Positions 27,801 through 35,160 of a stretch of 64,000 bases of DNA are shown here, one piece after another; the stretch's first letter is position 1; each line of letters opens with the position of its first letter. The position numbers and the translations under genes were made by a program. The notes beneath the pieces are model-generated. The model did no database searches and was not told the origin of the DNA. It worked only from the letters and a program-made list of their open reading frames with translations. The stretch spans positions 1 to 64,000 of IMG/VR virus record IMGVR_UViG_3300044620_000527; one strand, written 5' to 3'. This DNA comes from a virus.

Positions 27801-30740
27801 GCTTTGGCAACCAATACACACAAGTATTACACTTGCACAAGTAATGGTTTTAACACAACAGCACAAGTTGAATCATTAAATGATGCGGAATCAAATAGAA
27901 GTAGAGAAATGTCGATTCACTTTAAAGAACAAGGAAGAGTTGGTTTATTCAATAATCAACGTTCCGGTAAATTCTTTTCACCGTTCGTGCAAGGAGTGTG
28001 TGGTTCTGACGTTGCGGAATCCTTCTACGAATTTTACAGTTCCAGTGATCCAAATAATGCTGGTTATAAAAAATCTTGGACAAGTTTTAGATTTGACGCC
28101 CAAGAAATATCAACATTACCAACCACAACAACTAATCCATCACATCCCGCTGGAACAAGAATTTATACAAATAAATCATCACCAAAGAGTGGTTTAAGAA
28201 GAAGTTTTGCATTAGACTTCCCAATAATTAGCATCAATAATGATTTGTGTGCTAAATTGAATCTAAATTCTGCTATAAAGCAAAAAGACGAAATAATTTG
28301 GTCAGATAATACTACTTCAAATTATGTTGCAACTAAATTGAATTATATGATAACTGCAACAGAAGGTATTTACGAACAACCAAGACCATGTGCTCAAAAC
28401 GAAACGCCACATGCTGGTTGCCGAGATATTGTAAATAATCCCTATGTAAAACCAACAATATTTGATCATACAACAAAAATAAGAAAAAATGATTATGATA
28501 CTTTCCAATGCAGTACAAATCCTGGCAATAGTGATTACAGTCCAAATTGTAAAAATTATTGTTATGCTAATCCAGTAACTCCAGACAGAGGTGCTGCATC
28601 GATATTGAGTATACTTTCCACCAGAAAAATAGCATATGAACTTGCTGTGGAATATGCAAGTTATGATGATATGGTCGCAGTGCCCTACGAGGACTTAACT
28701 AATGATCCATATTGGACTGGATACTATGGTAAATTTGCTCGTTTTGATCCATTTATAACAGAACCTCCGGCCACAATTCAAGAAGCGTCAAATTATGCAA
28801 ATTACGATGATACAACATGGCCCAATATTAGACTATCAGAAACTGCAAAACGTGTCCAAGGTCTTTCTATAATATTGAGTTTCCGTAAAGATGGATCGTT
28901 GCATAAATTTATGAAAAACCAAGAGCAAACTCACATTAGAGATTGGCCTCAACCACCGGCACAATTTAATGTAGATCGTAGACCTGGAGTAGCGTGTACT
29001 TTACCAGTTGCTGGTGGAAATAACACATACTTGTCGTTTACAGGAGACAACCAAAATGCAAATGCATTGTGGGTGAAGGATACCGGTATACAAAAAATTA
29101 TAGAAAATTATTTAGAATATAATTATAATAGAGGATATAGAAGATTCTTAGTTTGGGTTCCATGTGGTTATTCAACTACATATGGACCAGGATATACTTC
29201 AGCAATAACTTCTGCAATGAAGCACAGAGTGTATACTGGTGGTATTATCAATCCATCCGAAGCATGTTGGCATGGTAATAATCTTCCAATAGATCCTGCA
29301 ACTGGTCTAAGAATACCACAAACGGTTCAGCAAGCACAAAGCACAACACTAACATTTAATGAAAACGGAAGATTGAATGAATGGTTAACTCAGTTAGGTG
29401 CTTGGATTGCTGCACACCCACAAGCGGATGTTGGCTTGTATATCGGATATGCAATACCAACATTAAACGGTACACCAGTTGGTGATATTGGAATTAGTGG
29501 GGATCTTGGAAATGGTTCTTCTGGACAAAATGCACAATCTGGTAGAGGATGGCAAACTCCAAATCCAGCGAATAATGCAATTCACGCACAATTCTTAAGA
29601 AATGAATTACAACCTTGGATTGATATTGGAATTAATTTCTTAGCGATAGATGCTGGACCTGGAATGTTTAATTATGAAAATGGTGGTAGTGTATCGTATG
29701 GACCAAATGCTGCGTCAAGACAAGCCGTAGGTGACTACAAGGCTTGGTTGATTGAAGAGTTTGGTTTAAAGACAGTAATGGCAGAAGCCCTTGCTATCGA
29801 TCCAAGAGCACCAATATTAGATGAATTTAATAAAGTTGCAAATACTAGTTATCCAAGAAAAACATTAATGAAAATTGATCTAACTGAGGAAATTTGTAAG
29901 GGAACTGCTGTTCCTTCACAAAGTGAGGCAGGAGATCCTTTCAATACAGTATATACCGACGATTGTTGGTACAATAAAGGTAGAGAGAGATATAGAAAAC
30001 TAGATGCTAGTGGAAAAGATTATAGAACAGAATCAGGTGATCCTAATGATTTAGTTTATTCTTCTGGTGCTTATCAATACTGTCCTTATTTAATTTTGTT
30101 AAACGGTTACTTAAATCAAGGAGAGTGGAATATTGGAAAAGAAAATGAAAGTGGAATAGGAGGATTTGCTGGTCTAGATCCAAATAATATGTTCTCTTGG
30201 TATAGAAGAAACACTGAAATAGGAGTAATTGTAGAAAATTACTACTTATTAAGTTCAGAATTGCGTAAAGTTTATAGAGATAATTTTACAAATTGGCAAG
30301 GTTACGGAAGATTGTGGGAAACTTCTCCAGCATGGCACGATCAAGGACTTGCCACACCAACAGCAGCAGTAAGTTCTTCTAATCTAATTGGTCCACACGA
30401 CGGCAGACAACACACAAGAGATTCTGAATTCTACAATAGAGTTAGAAATGAAATTTTTGCAAAAATTAAAAACTATATTGATAGAGGTTACGTCTACTGG
30501 GCGTCCATAGGAAAACTTGATGGACAACTGAATAAAGATGTGGATCAAGATGTAAGAACTTATGTTGATGCTGTAGAAATTGACTATGGCAGTTATGCTC
30601 AAGATGAAATAACAGAAAATGAGCAACCACCACAAAGAATTTACAACACAAATTCACCAAATAAATATGCAGCAGATGAAATCTTGTTTGAAAATTTCAT
30701 AAATACATCAACAAGTACTGACGAAAGCACAGAGGGTTAA
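18810..30740 (+). CDS. Giant (3976 aa) multidomain putative virion protein: SGNH O-acetylesterase, parallel beta-helix glycanase-like domain, RCC1 repeats and unassigned domains
   Basis: GESN, GINDA and DFVH SGNH motifs; YVSVNDGNDSWSG...PVKTLQKA...IRGGTY beta-helix N-cap; repeats such as AGRTHTIALTQNGNIETWG and GSYHHTIALREDGTVVCWG; 2-nt and 1-nt gaps to neighbouring baseplate genes. Confidence 0.75.
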   Translation: MPNINSNIQKQSVQGFLGSFLNNPNNIFNQALGSLPDAPPTPTDEVQQETDNTVNPDPVLFIITGESNAGGFAYNGSALASELNQRNNVQILNNNNLTFESLRFGFNGNNFLGHLPQPPYADVTDASYWNAYPWGTTAVGGYPHGFELGFANEVDSGYFGNSEVYLCKVAMGGSTVFDWDTDSNTTTGYWEKFVERVDAAKAQVGASANIFICLTIGINDAYAFDRAHAPGNLYENGKIKQWVDTGIWEDPFTEEDIESWKTQMRAHFTNMRNAVGFNAPILITYLMDRVPIFQKFNVAIGELANEDNLLYWVKTSDASLNADSIWNNTVNFRNKDFVHWDYSGMKLIASRFTYLATEVFGLNDQYDQSLINPPAQDEADLSTNIDAADYEVFAAAWIREVDENATSVVPMIWVDNMGGWVGTTTTDNEAWTNEYVSAINYTNFKNKLLEVPQGRRVLQTTFWSAAPVNVNWSPLTYIDYYADLEGISVNNTNLKYPDFTQSQKLPFSAWHENIIADAKTSVNQFFARCAADGLSFDYITDNSIYTDGANPNIWTISQQQAIGTCGGNATYNIYVSVNDGNDSWSGENPSVGGLTGPVKTLQKAADLAKNYTGPLNIEIRIRGGTYKILGTSSNPVFYLNESYSGTNGRTITYKPYKNEEVIISGDEEIAWTEFTALNSSDPLWSRLAHNPTAQANVYVADVTDYDLGQYPPAWRGMPQATSGYKTGLTGVPGGQAAEMWSGQPAVPDLIYNDTAMTVSRWPKKTSFSGYSFDECAHIENLSTAIIDTGTEGVCWNDPVACASKRQGKFKYECFHENYHDVISRWAVNSGTDEQPFDDIYLFGFWRFEWAEETFKLVNIDLDDREFTVRSQNSHYTITNTHYCYSGSDLGRGYANPTPRRWYAFNVPTEIGPGEYYIDRTNKKLYFYPPTALSSSSKISLTHRALTGPGSIYFQSHDVIQSEHQHYGSDPNHPNNTFKYPGWVNSPLGWDSNGGGTQSRDIMNNKDVIHSLFKLYKVKNVNIVGLTFKNCAGSAIDTQLCENINIKQCKIYNMKLDGICSQGGINVVIDSCDVHDVMMNGIVNTGGNPQTLEPANNVVTKCRIQRYGISAPSACAGVIINGVGNTASKNLFKDGARAVQLQGSKNIVEYNHFYELLKDQEDYGVVYGGGDVLTFGSKIRYNFFNTCGSRLPGGREWYNKYDTTDPFPYGCRDQQHQLSVGVYSDAYQSGWEIFGNVFYNHGLPSSLAPDGPVVQGWCVNIGGGPRNSIENNIFINSTGSQTNSAAGSFIVNPALTNFNYLYKDLEWTYLNPNNIVYQPFGYTDGPARGYNFWNYLASHGLNRWNDGVGFTTTVDITNAAYTEQAPWIAGDVKIETINGVRTFTGFKDVQQYANLKATVKNNVLINHYGFINGKSIILNMTNSNGGTYPNMDTNPPTGGFDVTNTVTFANLETFAGFTNPSTSNFKLTSNGLTKIREQIPQFTDINFDLIPSSSYVPQAYVAQTENYACNLRHYTGTVDFANPNILESIVTDPRFTTTVNPVNGKTLEQDFMDRYEYCVTKNNTTDRTIYPYYSTSWYNSAEPNAYDAFAPMFGWLYSAQPEYDMEVPPWGTSSNNAATRAWTAVLTDWGNLYYRLELFKDPLVDNGFTNVKISLDGHYPVSETEMEFMDMDNLWIEAPREDSADSMIAPHIYAELGTTAFNLYGYKINPENDDQKYKFAKLPQGVAVEGFERYTSPAWLAFLIDMKRIRGVINSSETAWQRLTPWLISKKWCVAERFRFCAANGGEYADAYWKEAVFHACLHGTLYFNYFNYDKSDTLDLHEVLDEWRENSNNSRVQPVVKTKIPVNTSVFVSGGKLLNSNRYLWRLTAKPSTSVTLRAFGSSTTRSDIPQTITLDANSRGAWLLTASSVPPIYILDEGGQQETVDLEYVTMIDTNFTTFLHKNKAMGGGANHDYGSGIGLDAQGKSISPINYLYESGQTVSLLLGANLNWMYEDNYRLDSNGQAIRVIKNITPTQSVTLCTDPCYQTAACYQSPRLVDSVFSEMMSIDGEWGPALRQNDPFPNNNGSRNYDYITINEQVFTAQPYDPNKPIDYSYDYFGNYVIESTQIPASFWVRSTTQNGRPDLAYNYDEQGTLGNSTNYSSVATGWSPVLFWTTEDGTLKWSTTIPVYSGYNLIPPTEYQSLKYKQITVGYGQVYGLTTNDTIVGWGGDGSVKRNTEFFMQQLRYMQRSGEKLHEVKIKKIAAGAGHCNVLMENGELFVFGGNEGAQLSDPNTVWTPIGLIPLPVVNDALYITNPVPYTYYKYEQDKSSYLVSFGSSENVGTSNACVPTPVGSIKYRLFRNNLLGCDIHEGTPNGRYDTPYVRGTSSYPNDTYPPTGSAAWSGLIDWSTHTGAPYDYQFSRATVGNQDSPNYSLNGSWTRSDRRLPMVQASGGTSLGYTNAAGQQIPNSLFGTSGNKYTDVVAGRTHTIALTQNGNIETWGWNWYYTITGSGPHDGSLGWNRVGAGNPNADSDSDPITKAAPYGYNTAPAVKLLKTTLGSVKAIGAGYYTNQVIKNDGSVFAWDRNEWGESLPFFNSDETAGLPTGKFKQICGSYHHTIALREDGTVVCWGENRYGECDVPASLKNVNTADCVWIGSCAYVSLALKRNGDLIAWGRVTDLKAGAVSGQKLLDEKIFLNQNSPFVLGYEYPVKHSNLSLEIKSANDAPHVRNEPGNMFKYTGFLFAPVRKDDGCADHVYFSLFQKMLENEKEMADYQYFVNNLPNVPSCVLQSSAWNNYHADEYVNGEYRPKYVLVNYEAELVDQIRSVNATGRKVLADGTKAYVTIEGQPINENLWQRVVSYVKLTRKMNHYIRQVFGNQANIAHYDMYAVPFYQDWKGGGQWYPNNGILFSQEYQVTECAYCDELLPDYPGHAVYNNLPNSEKLIWIEKAVKALQDKVFRMAKAISKMCLFENAEGEPDTLDLREDLSSLMPQIDPSNFIITGLNHYPNSVHGALATNTHKYYTCTSNGFNTTAQVESLNDAESNRSREMSIHFKEQGRVGLFNNQRSGKFFSPFVQGVCGSDVAESFYEFYSSSDPNNAGYKKSWTSFRFDAQEISTLPTTTTNPSHPAGTRIYTNKSSPKSGLRRSFALDFPIISINNDLCAKLNLNSAIKQKDEIIWSDNTTSNYVATKLNYMITATEGIYEQPRPCAQNETPHAGCRDIVNNPYVKPTIFDHTTKIRKNDYDTFQCSTNPGNSDYSPNCKNYCYANPVTPDRGAASILSILSTRKIAYELAVEYASYDDMVAVPYEDLTNDPYWTGYYGKFARFDPFITEPPATIQEASNYANYDDTTWPNIRLSETAKRVQGLSIILSFRKDGSLHKFMKNQEQTHIRDWPQPPAQFNVDRRPGVACTLPVAGGNNTYLSFTGDNQNANALWVKDTGIQKIIENYLEYNYNRGYRRFLVWVPCGYSTTYGPGYTSAITSAMKHRVYTGGIINPSEACWHGNNLPIDPATGLRIPQTVQQAQSTTLTFNENGRLNEWLTQLGAWIAAHPQADVGLYIGYAIPTLNGTPVGDIGISGDLGNGSSGQNAQSGRGWQTPNPANNAIHAQFLRNELQPWIDIGINFLAIDAGPGMFNYENGGSVSYGPNAASRQAVGDYKAWLIEEFGLKTVMAEALAIDPRAPILDEFNKVANTSYPRKTLMKIDLTEEICKGTAVPSQSEAGDPFNTVYTDDCWYNKGRERYRKLDASGKDYRTESGDPNDLVYSSGAYQYCPYLILLNGYLNQGEWNIGKENESGIGGFAGLDPNNMFSWYRRNTEIGVIVENYYLLSSELRKVYRDNFTNWQGYGRLWETSPAWHDQGLATPTAAVSSSNLIGPHDGRQHTRDSEFYNRVRNEIFAKIKNYIDRGYVYWASIGKLDGQLNKDVDQDVRTYVDAVEIDYGSYAQDEITENEQPPQRIYNTNSPNKYAADEILFENFINTSTSTDESTEG

Positions 30741-30741
30741 T

Positions 30742-33180
30742 ATGTCAAATTTCAGACAAAGAGGAAGAGAAAATAATGCTAAAGTATTTTTGAATGATTT
30801 TAATCAATCAAAAAGCAGTTCGTATTTTGTTTCTATTGGTAATGCTGTAACTTCTTCTACAGCATCCTCTTCCCGATTTGCGGATTGTGTGGAAACAGAT
30901 CAGTATACTTGGGATAATATGTTTGTTATGAATGAAATATTCAGAACAGATGTATCATTAATGATTAAAAAAATAGATTGGATTTCTGGAACGCGGTATG
31001 AGGCTTTCGATAAAAGCAAAAATCAATATGAATTAAATGAAAAGTTTTATGCATATAATAACACCAACAACAGTGTTTATTTGTGTCTTGCTAGTCCAGA
31101 AAACGAAAATGCATTTAGTACATATGCTCCAACAAGCGAAACCATAGAACCAGAAATAAAACAAGATGGTTATACGTGGAAGTTTTTGTATAAATTAAGT
31201 GATATTGATTTGGAAAAATTTGATTATCCGGGATTTATACCAGTTAAAGAAATAGGAACTGATCTCTATACAGATGAACGAATTTTACAACAAAATGTAC
31301 AAGCAAATACAATCAGAGGTGCGGTTGAAGCAATTGATGTTGTTGTGCAAGGAAGCGCATACAATGGAGCAGTAAACGCAAATTTTGAAAATGCATTTTA
31401 TGCAATACAAAGTGTGGTGCAAGAAACAGGTGAAGATGGTACAGTAAGTCTTTCAGTAATAGTAGATGATGCTTTGCAAGAATTAAATAAAACACAAAAT
31501 TTTTACAAAGACAAATATGTAATTAATTTTGAAAATGGATATACTGCGGTATTGGATGGAAGTGGATTCAATAATAATGGAGATTTCCAAATTGACATTT
31601 GTACGGATCAAATAGTTCAATTTGGTCCAACTGGAACACTACCACCAACTACAGTACAATTTAGAATTTTACCAGCAATTAAAATAATTGGTAATGGTAA
31701 TGACGCTTGGGCTATTCCTACATTAGATGCTGCTAAAAAATTAACAAAGATTAAAATGTTAAAAATTGGATCTAATTATAGTTATGCAGAAGCAAGAATA
31801 TTAGTCTCAAATGGTACAGTCTTAAAACCAATCATTGGTTTAAATGGTCTAACTTCAGATATTACTCAAATATTAGGCGCAAAGCATGTTATGATTTCTA
31901 AAAAAATCAAACCAGTAACAACTTTGTCGGAAAGTGATCCAGTAATTTATTCTTTACCGGAAAATATAGGATTAGTATATGAGGGACCTCAGTATAAAAA
32001 TGTAATAACACCAAATACATTTTATACTCAACTTGCATTAATTAAAAGTCCAAAAATTCTAAATGAAGATAATTTAGAAGAAATCGCAGGAACACAAATA
32101 ATAGAAGTTAGAGAAATGGTTTTGGATGCTATTAATCCCAAAATAACAATTACAATAGGAACAGCACAAAATCCATATGTCAATCCTAATGATTTTTTTG
32201 AAGTAAATGATATTATTGTTAGAGGACCCGATAATCTTCCAGATCAATTTAGAGCAAAAATAACGGATGTAATGGTAACAGGTTTCAGTACAATATTGGT
32301 TTGTGATTTGATCAACGGCGCATTTGAAACATATTCTGGTTATAAGATTAAAAACTTAAAAGAAACTACTGAAACTATAGATGATTCATTTTTTATATTT
32401 TTAGATTGTGACAATAATTGTTCAAAAGCAATAAAAGTTCAATATGAAAATACGTTTTTACAAACCGATTTTATTAATGATGATTCGGTTTATGGTACGG
32501 TAAGTTATGAAACGGCTGAAATAAAACAACCATTAACTGGTTATGCATATGTAAATCCACTATATCCAACAAAAGCAAAAATAAAAGTAAATAATCCGGG
32601 AACAGGATTTATACCAGCAAGATATGAAGATGGTGAATATATCCCCGGTGAAATTATAACTTCTATAGTAACTGTGGAAAATCAAACTAGAGCAGTAACA
32701 AGAGGGACTTTGGTTTCTATAAGCGATCCCATAGAATATATTGGAGAACAAACTTTAGGTTATTCTTATATTTTGGAGTGTGTAATTGATAGAGATGGGA
32801 TAGATACTGCTTTTGAATTAGTGAATTCTGATAATATCTCACTGGAAACCAATACATTAATTCGTCAAGGAACAACAGGTTCTTTAGGAAAAATAATAAG
32901 AGTTGGAATTCCTTCCGGTACTGGGGATGCAAACATAGTCTATTTGTATGTAAATAATTACAATGGTCCATTTTATGCGGATGGACAAACTAAAATTTAC
33001 AAAATAAATAGTTTATATGAACCAACTGAATATGTTGATATGAAAATGACCGTACAAAATATACTTTACCAACCAAAGTTAGTGCGTTACTCTGGTAATT
33101 TGTTATATATAAATGATGTAGGGCCTGTGCAACGTAAGTTGGAAAATACAGAAAATATCAAACTATTAGTGGAGTTCTGA
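30742..33180 (+). CDS. gp8: Baseplate wedge protein gp8-like (extended)
   Basis: IDWISGTRYEAFD, FYAYN...VYLCL, DGYTWKFLYKL, FIPV and C-terminal YSGNLLYINDVGPVQRKLENTENIKLLVEF. Confidence 0.8.
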   Translation: MSNFRQRGRENNAKVFLNDFNQSKSSSYFVSIGNAVTSSTASSSRFADCVETDQYTWDNMFVMNEIFRTDVSLMIKKIDWISGTRYEAFDKSKNQYELNEKFYAYNNTNNSVYLCLASPENENAFSTYAPTSETIEPEIKQDGYTWKFLYKLSDIDLEKFDYPGFIPVKEIGTDLYTDERILQQNVQANTIRGAVEAIDVVVQGSAYNGAVNANFENAFYAIQSVVQETGEDGTVSLSVIVDDALQELNKTQNFYKDKYVINFENGYTAVLDGSGFNNNGDFQIDICTDQIVQFGPTGTLPPTTVQFRILPAIKIIGNGNDAWAIPTLDAAKKLTKIKMLKIGSNYSYAEARILVSNGTVLKPIIGLNGLTSDITQILGAKHVMISKKIKPVTTLSESDPVIYSLPENIGLVYEGPQYKNVITPNTFYTQLALIKSPKILNEDNLEEIAGTQIIEVREMVLDAINPKITITIGTAQNPYVNPNDFFEVNDIIVRGPDNLPDQFRAKITDVMVTGFSTILVCDLINGAFETYSGYKIKNLKETTETIDDSFFIFLDCDNNCSKAIKVQYENTFLQTDFINDDSVYGTVSYETAEIKQPLTGYAYVNPLYPTKAKIKVNNPGTGFIPARYEDGEYIPGEIITSIVTVENQTRAVTRGTLVSISDPIEYIGEQTLGYSYILECVIDRDGIDTAFELVNSDNISLETNTLIRQGTTGSLGKIIRVGIPSGTGDANIVYLYVNNYNGPFYADGQTKIYKINSLYEPTEYVDMKMTVQNILYQPKLVRYSGNLLYINDVGPVQRKLENTENIKLLVEF

Positions 33181-33187
33181 GGAAACC

Positions 33188-35140
33188 ATGACATTTAAGA
33201 ACCCAGATTTTGCTTCGAATTCACCATATTATGACGACTTTGAGGAAACAAAGAACTTCCTAAAGGTTCTTTTTAAACCCGGTTATGCTGTTCAAGCTCG
33301 GGAACTTACTCAATTACAAACAATATTACAATCTCAAGTTGCTAAATTTGCAGATCATATATTCCAAGATGGTAGTCAAGTTTTTGGTGGACAAATACAA
33401 ATAGTAAGTACACCTTATGTGAGAGTTGAAAAAACAACTTACAACACTGGTGGAACTTCTACTGGAAATTCTTCCGATTCTTATATTGATGGTCTTACTA
33501 CTAACTTATTAAAAGTATACAGCAAAAGCGGAACAACTTTTACTGAATTGGCAACAATTAAAGTTTCTTATAGTGAACCTGCTGGCTATTCTGCGGCAGA
33601 TGATTATAGTATCATATTCTATAATGTTATATCAGTTGCTCCATCTGTCGCAAGCGGAACATTTACTATGGACAGAGATTTGTACATCGGCACATCAACC
33701 TCCGGACCATTTTTAAATGTTATAAATCCAACACTAGAAACAACAAATCCAGATCAATACACAGTTGAATATTCTGGAAATGCATTCTTAGTCACCGTAA
33801 ATGATGGTATTTTTTACATAGATGGTTACTTTGTAACAACTACAAAACAAACAATATCGTTATTTAAAAAGTCACTAGATGACGAATCTGAATTAACTGT
33901 AGATAGTGGATTATCTTATCCAACATTCGCACAGGCTGGAGTTCGTTTATTCAATAAACCATCTCATAGAATTGGTTACTCAATAAACAGAGAAATAGTT
34001 ACAGCAAACGATGATCCAACTTTAAATGATCCGGCTAGAGGTTTTTATAATTATACCGCACCCGGAGCAGACAGATATAAAATATCATTGGAACTATCGA
34101 GTATAGAATATAAATCTGGTGTAGTTGATATTGATAATTATGTTACTGAAAACTTTATACAAATTTTACGCACAACTAATGGTGTTGTAGATTACATTAA
34201 AGATCAATCTTCTTACGCACAAATTTTAGATTTGTTTGCAAAAAGAACACAAGATGAATCTGGTTCATACACAGTAAAACCATTTATTGCAGAAGTAAAA
34301 AATTATTTAAGAAAAGACAGATACATTTTAACTGTACAGGCCAATACTGTTAGTGAAATTTTTCCAAGCAGTGTTCCTATTATTAAAGTTGGTGGTTATA
34401 TTTGGTCAAATACCATACCAAATGCTGCAAACTACAATCCATATACATCTGCCTCACTGTTAAATGAATCGTTTTTAATAGGAAAAGTAGTAGATCTAAT
34501 ACCAGAATATAATGAAAACGCTCCAATCGCTAAAACATTAAAATTGATCGTAGAAATACAAAATGGTTACAGATTCCCAACAGGTGCAGGTGGTTATTAT
34601 TATAAACAATCACCATCCATAGCAGTAAGAAATATAAATGTAACATCCGTGACAGTAGAAATAGATCCAAAGGGAACTTACTCTTTATTGGATATTCCGG
34701 TTGGAAGTGAAAATAAAATGGCAGTGTCTTTACAGCCAGGAAAAGCATACGTTCATGGTTATGAATATGAAACATTTGCACCAAGAGTTGTAGAATATTT
34801 AAATAATGGAAATCAAAGTGATACCAAGCTACTAACTGGATTGAATGTTGATTTTGAAATTGGTAATTATGTAAAAGGATCGTTTACCAGCAGAGAAGCA
34901 AATACGATCACAAATTACGAAGAAATGCCTTTAATGGATTTGATTGACGTAGATACGAACACGTTCTTGATCTATCCTTCAGGTACAGAAACAATAGAAA
35001 AAACAATATACGCATGGGCACCTTTTAAATACACAAGCGAAGACATACAGGGTGATATTATAGATATTTTAAAGTTGACTGACAGTGAGGATTTTAATAC
35101 ATCATATCCACACGAAAGCGTCATTTTTGTGTCAGAATAA
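33188..35140 (+). CDS. Virion structural protein, DUF4815/VrlC-like, N-terminal part
   Basis: PYYDDFEETKNFLKVLFKPGYAVQARELTQLQTILQSQV, GIFYIDGYFV, NYTAPGADRYKI, AKRTQDESGSYTVKPF and PGKAYVHGYE. Confidence 0.85.
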   Translation: MTFKNPDFASNSPYYDDFEETKNFLKVLFKPGYAVQARELTQLQTILQSQVAKFADHIFQDGSQVFGGQIQIVSTPYVRVEKTTYNTGGTSTGNSSDSYIDGLTTNLLKVYSKSGTTFTELATIKVSYSEPAGYSAADDYSIIFYNVISVAPSVASGTFTMDRDLYIGTSTSGPFLNVINPTLETTNPDQYTVEYSGNAFLVTVNDGIFYIDGYFVTTTKQTISLFKKSLDDESELTVDSGLSYPTFAQAGVRLFNKPSHRIGYSINREIVTANDDPTLNDPARGFYNYTAPGADRYKISLELSSIEYKSGVVDIDNYVTENFIQILRTTNGVVDYIKDQSSYAQILDLFAKRTQDESGSYTVKPFIAEVKNYLRKDRYILTVQANTVSEIFPSSVPIIKVGGYIWSNTIPNAANYNPYTSASLLNESFLIGKVVDLIPEYNENAPIAKTLKLIVEIQNGYRFPTGAGGYYYKQSPSIAVRNINVTSVTVEIDPKGTYSLLDIPVGSENKMAVSLQPGKAYVHGYEYETFAPRVVEYLNNGNQSDTKLLTGLNVDFEIGNYVKGSFTSREANTITNYEEMPLMDLIDVDTNTFLIYPSGTETIEKTIYAWAPFKYTSEDIQGDIIDILKLTDSEDFNTSYPHESVIFVSE

Positions 35141-35160
35141 TTTACATATAAAGGGTAAAA

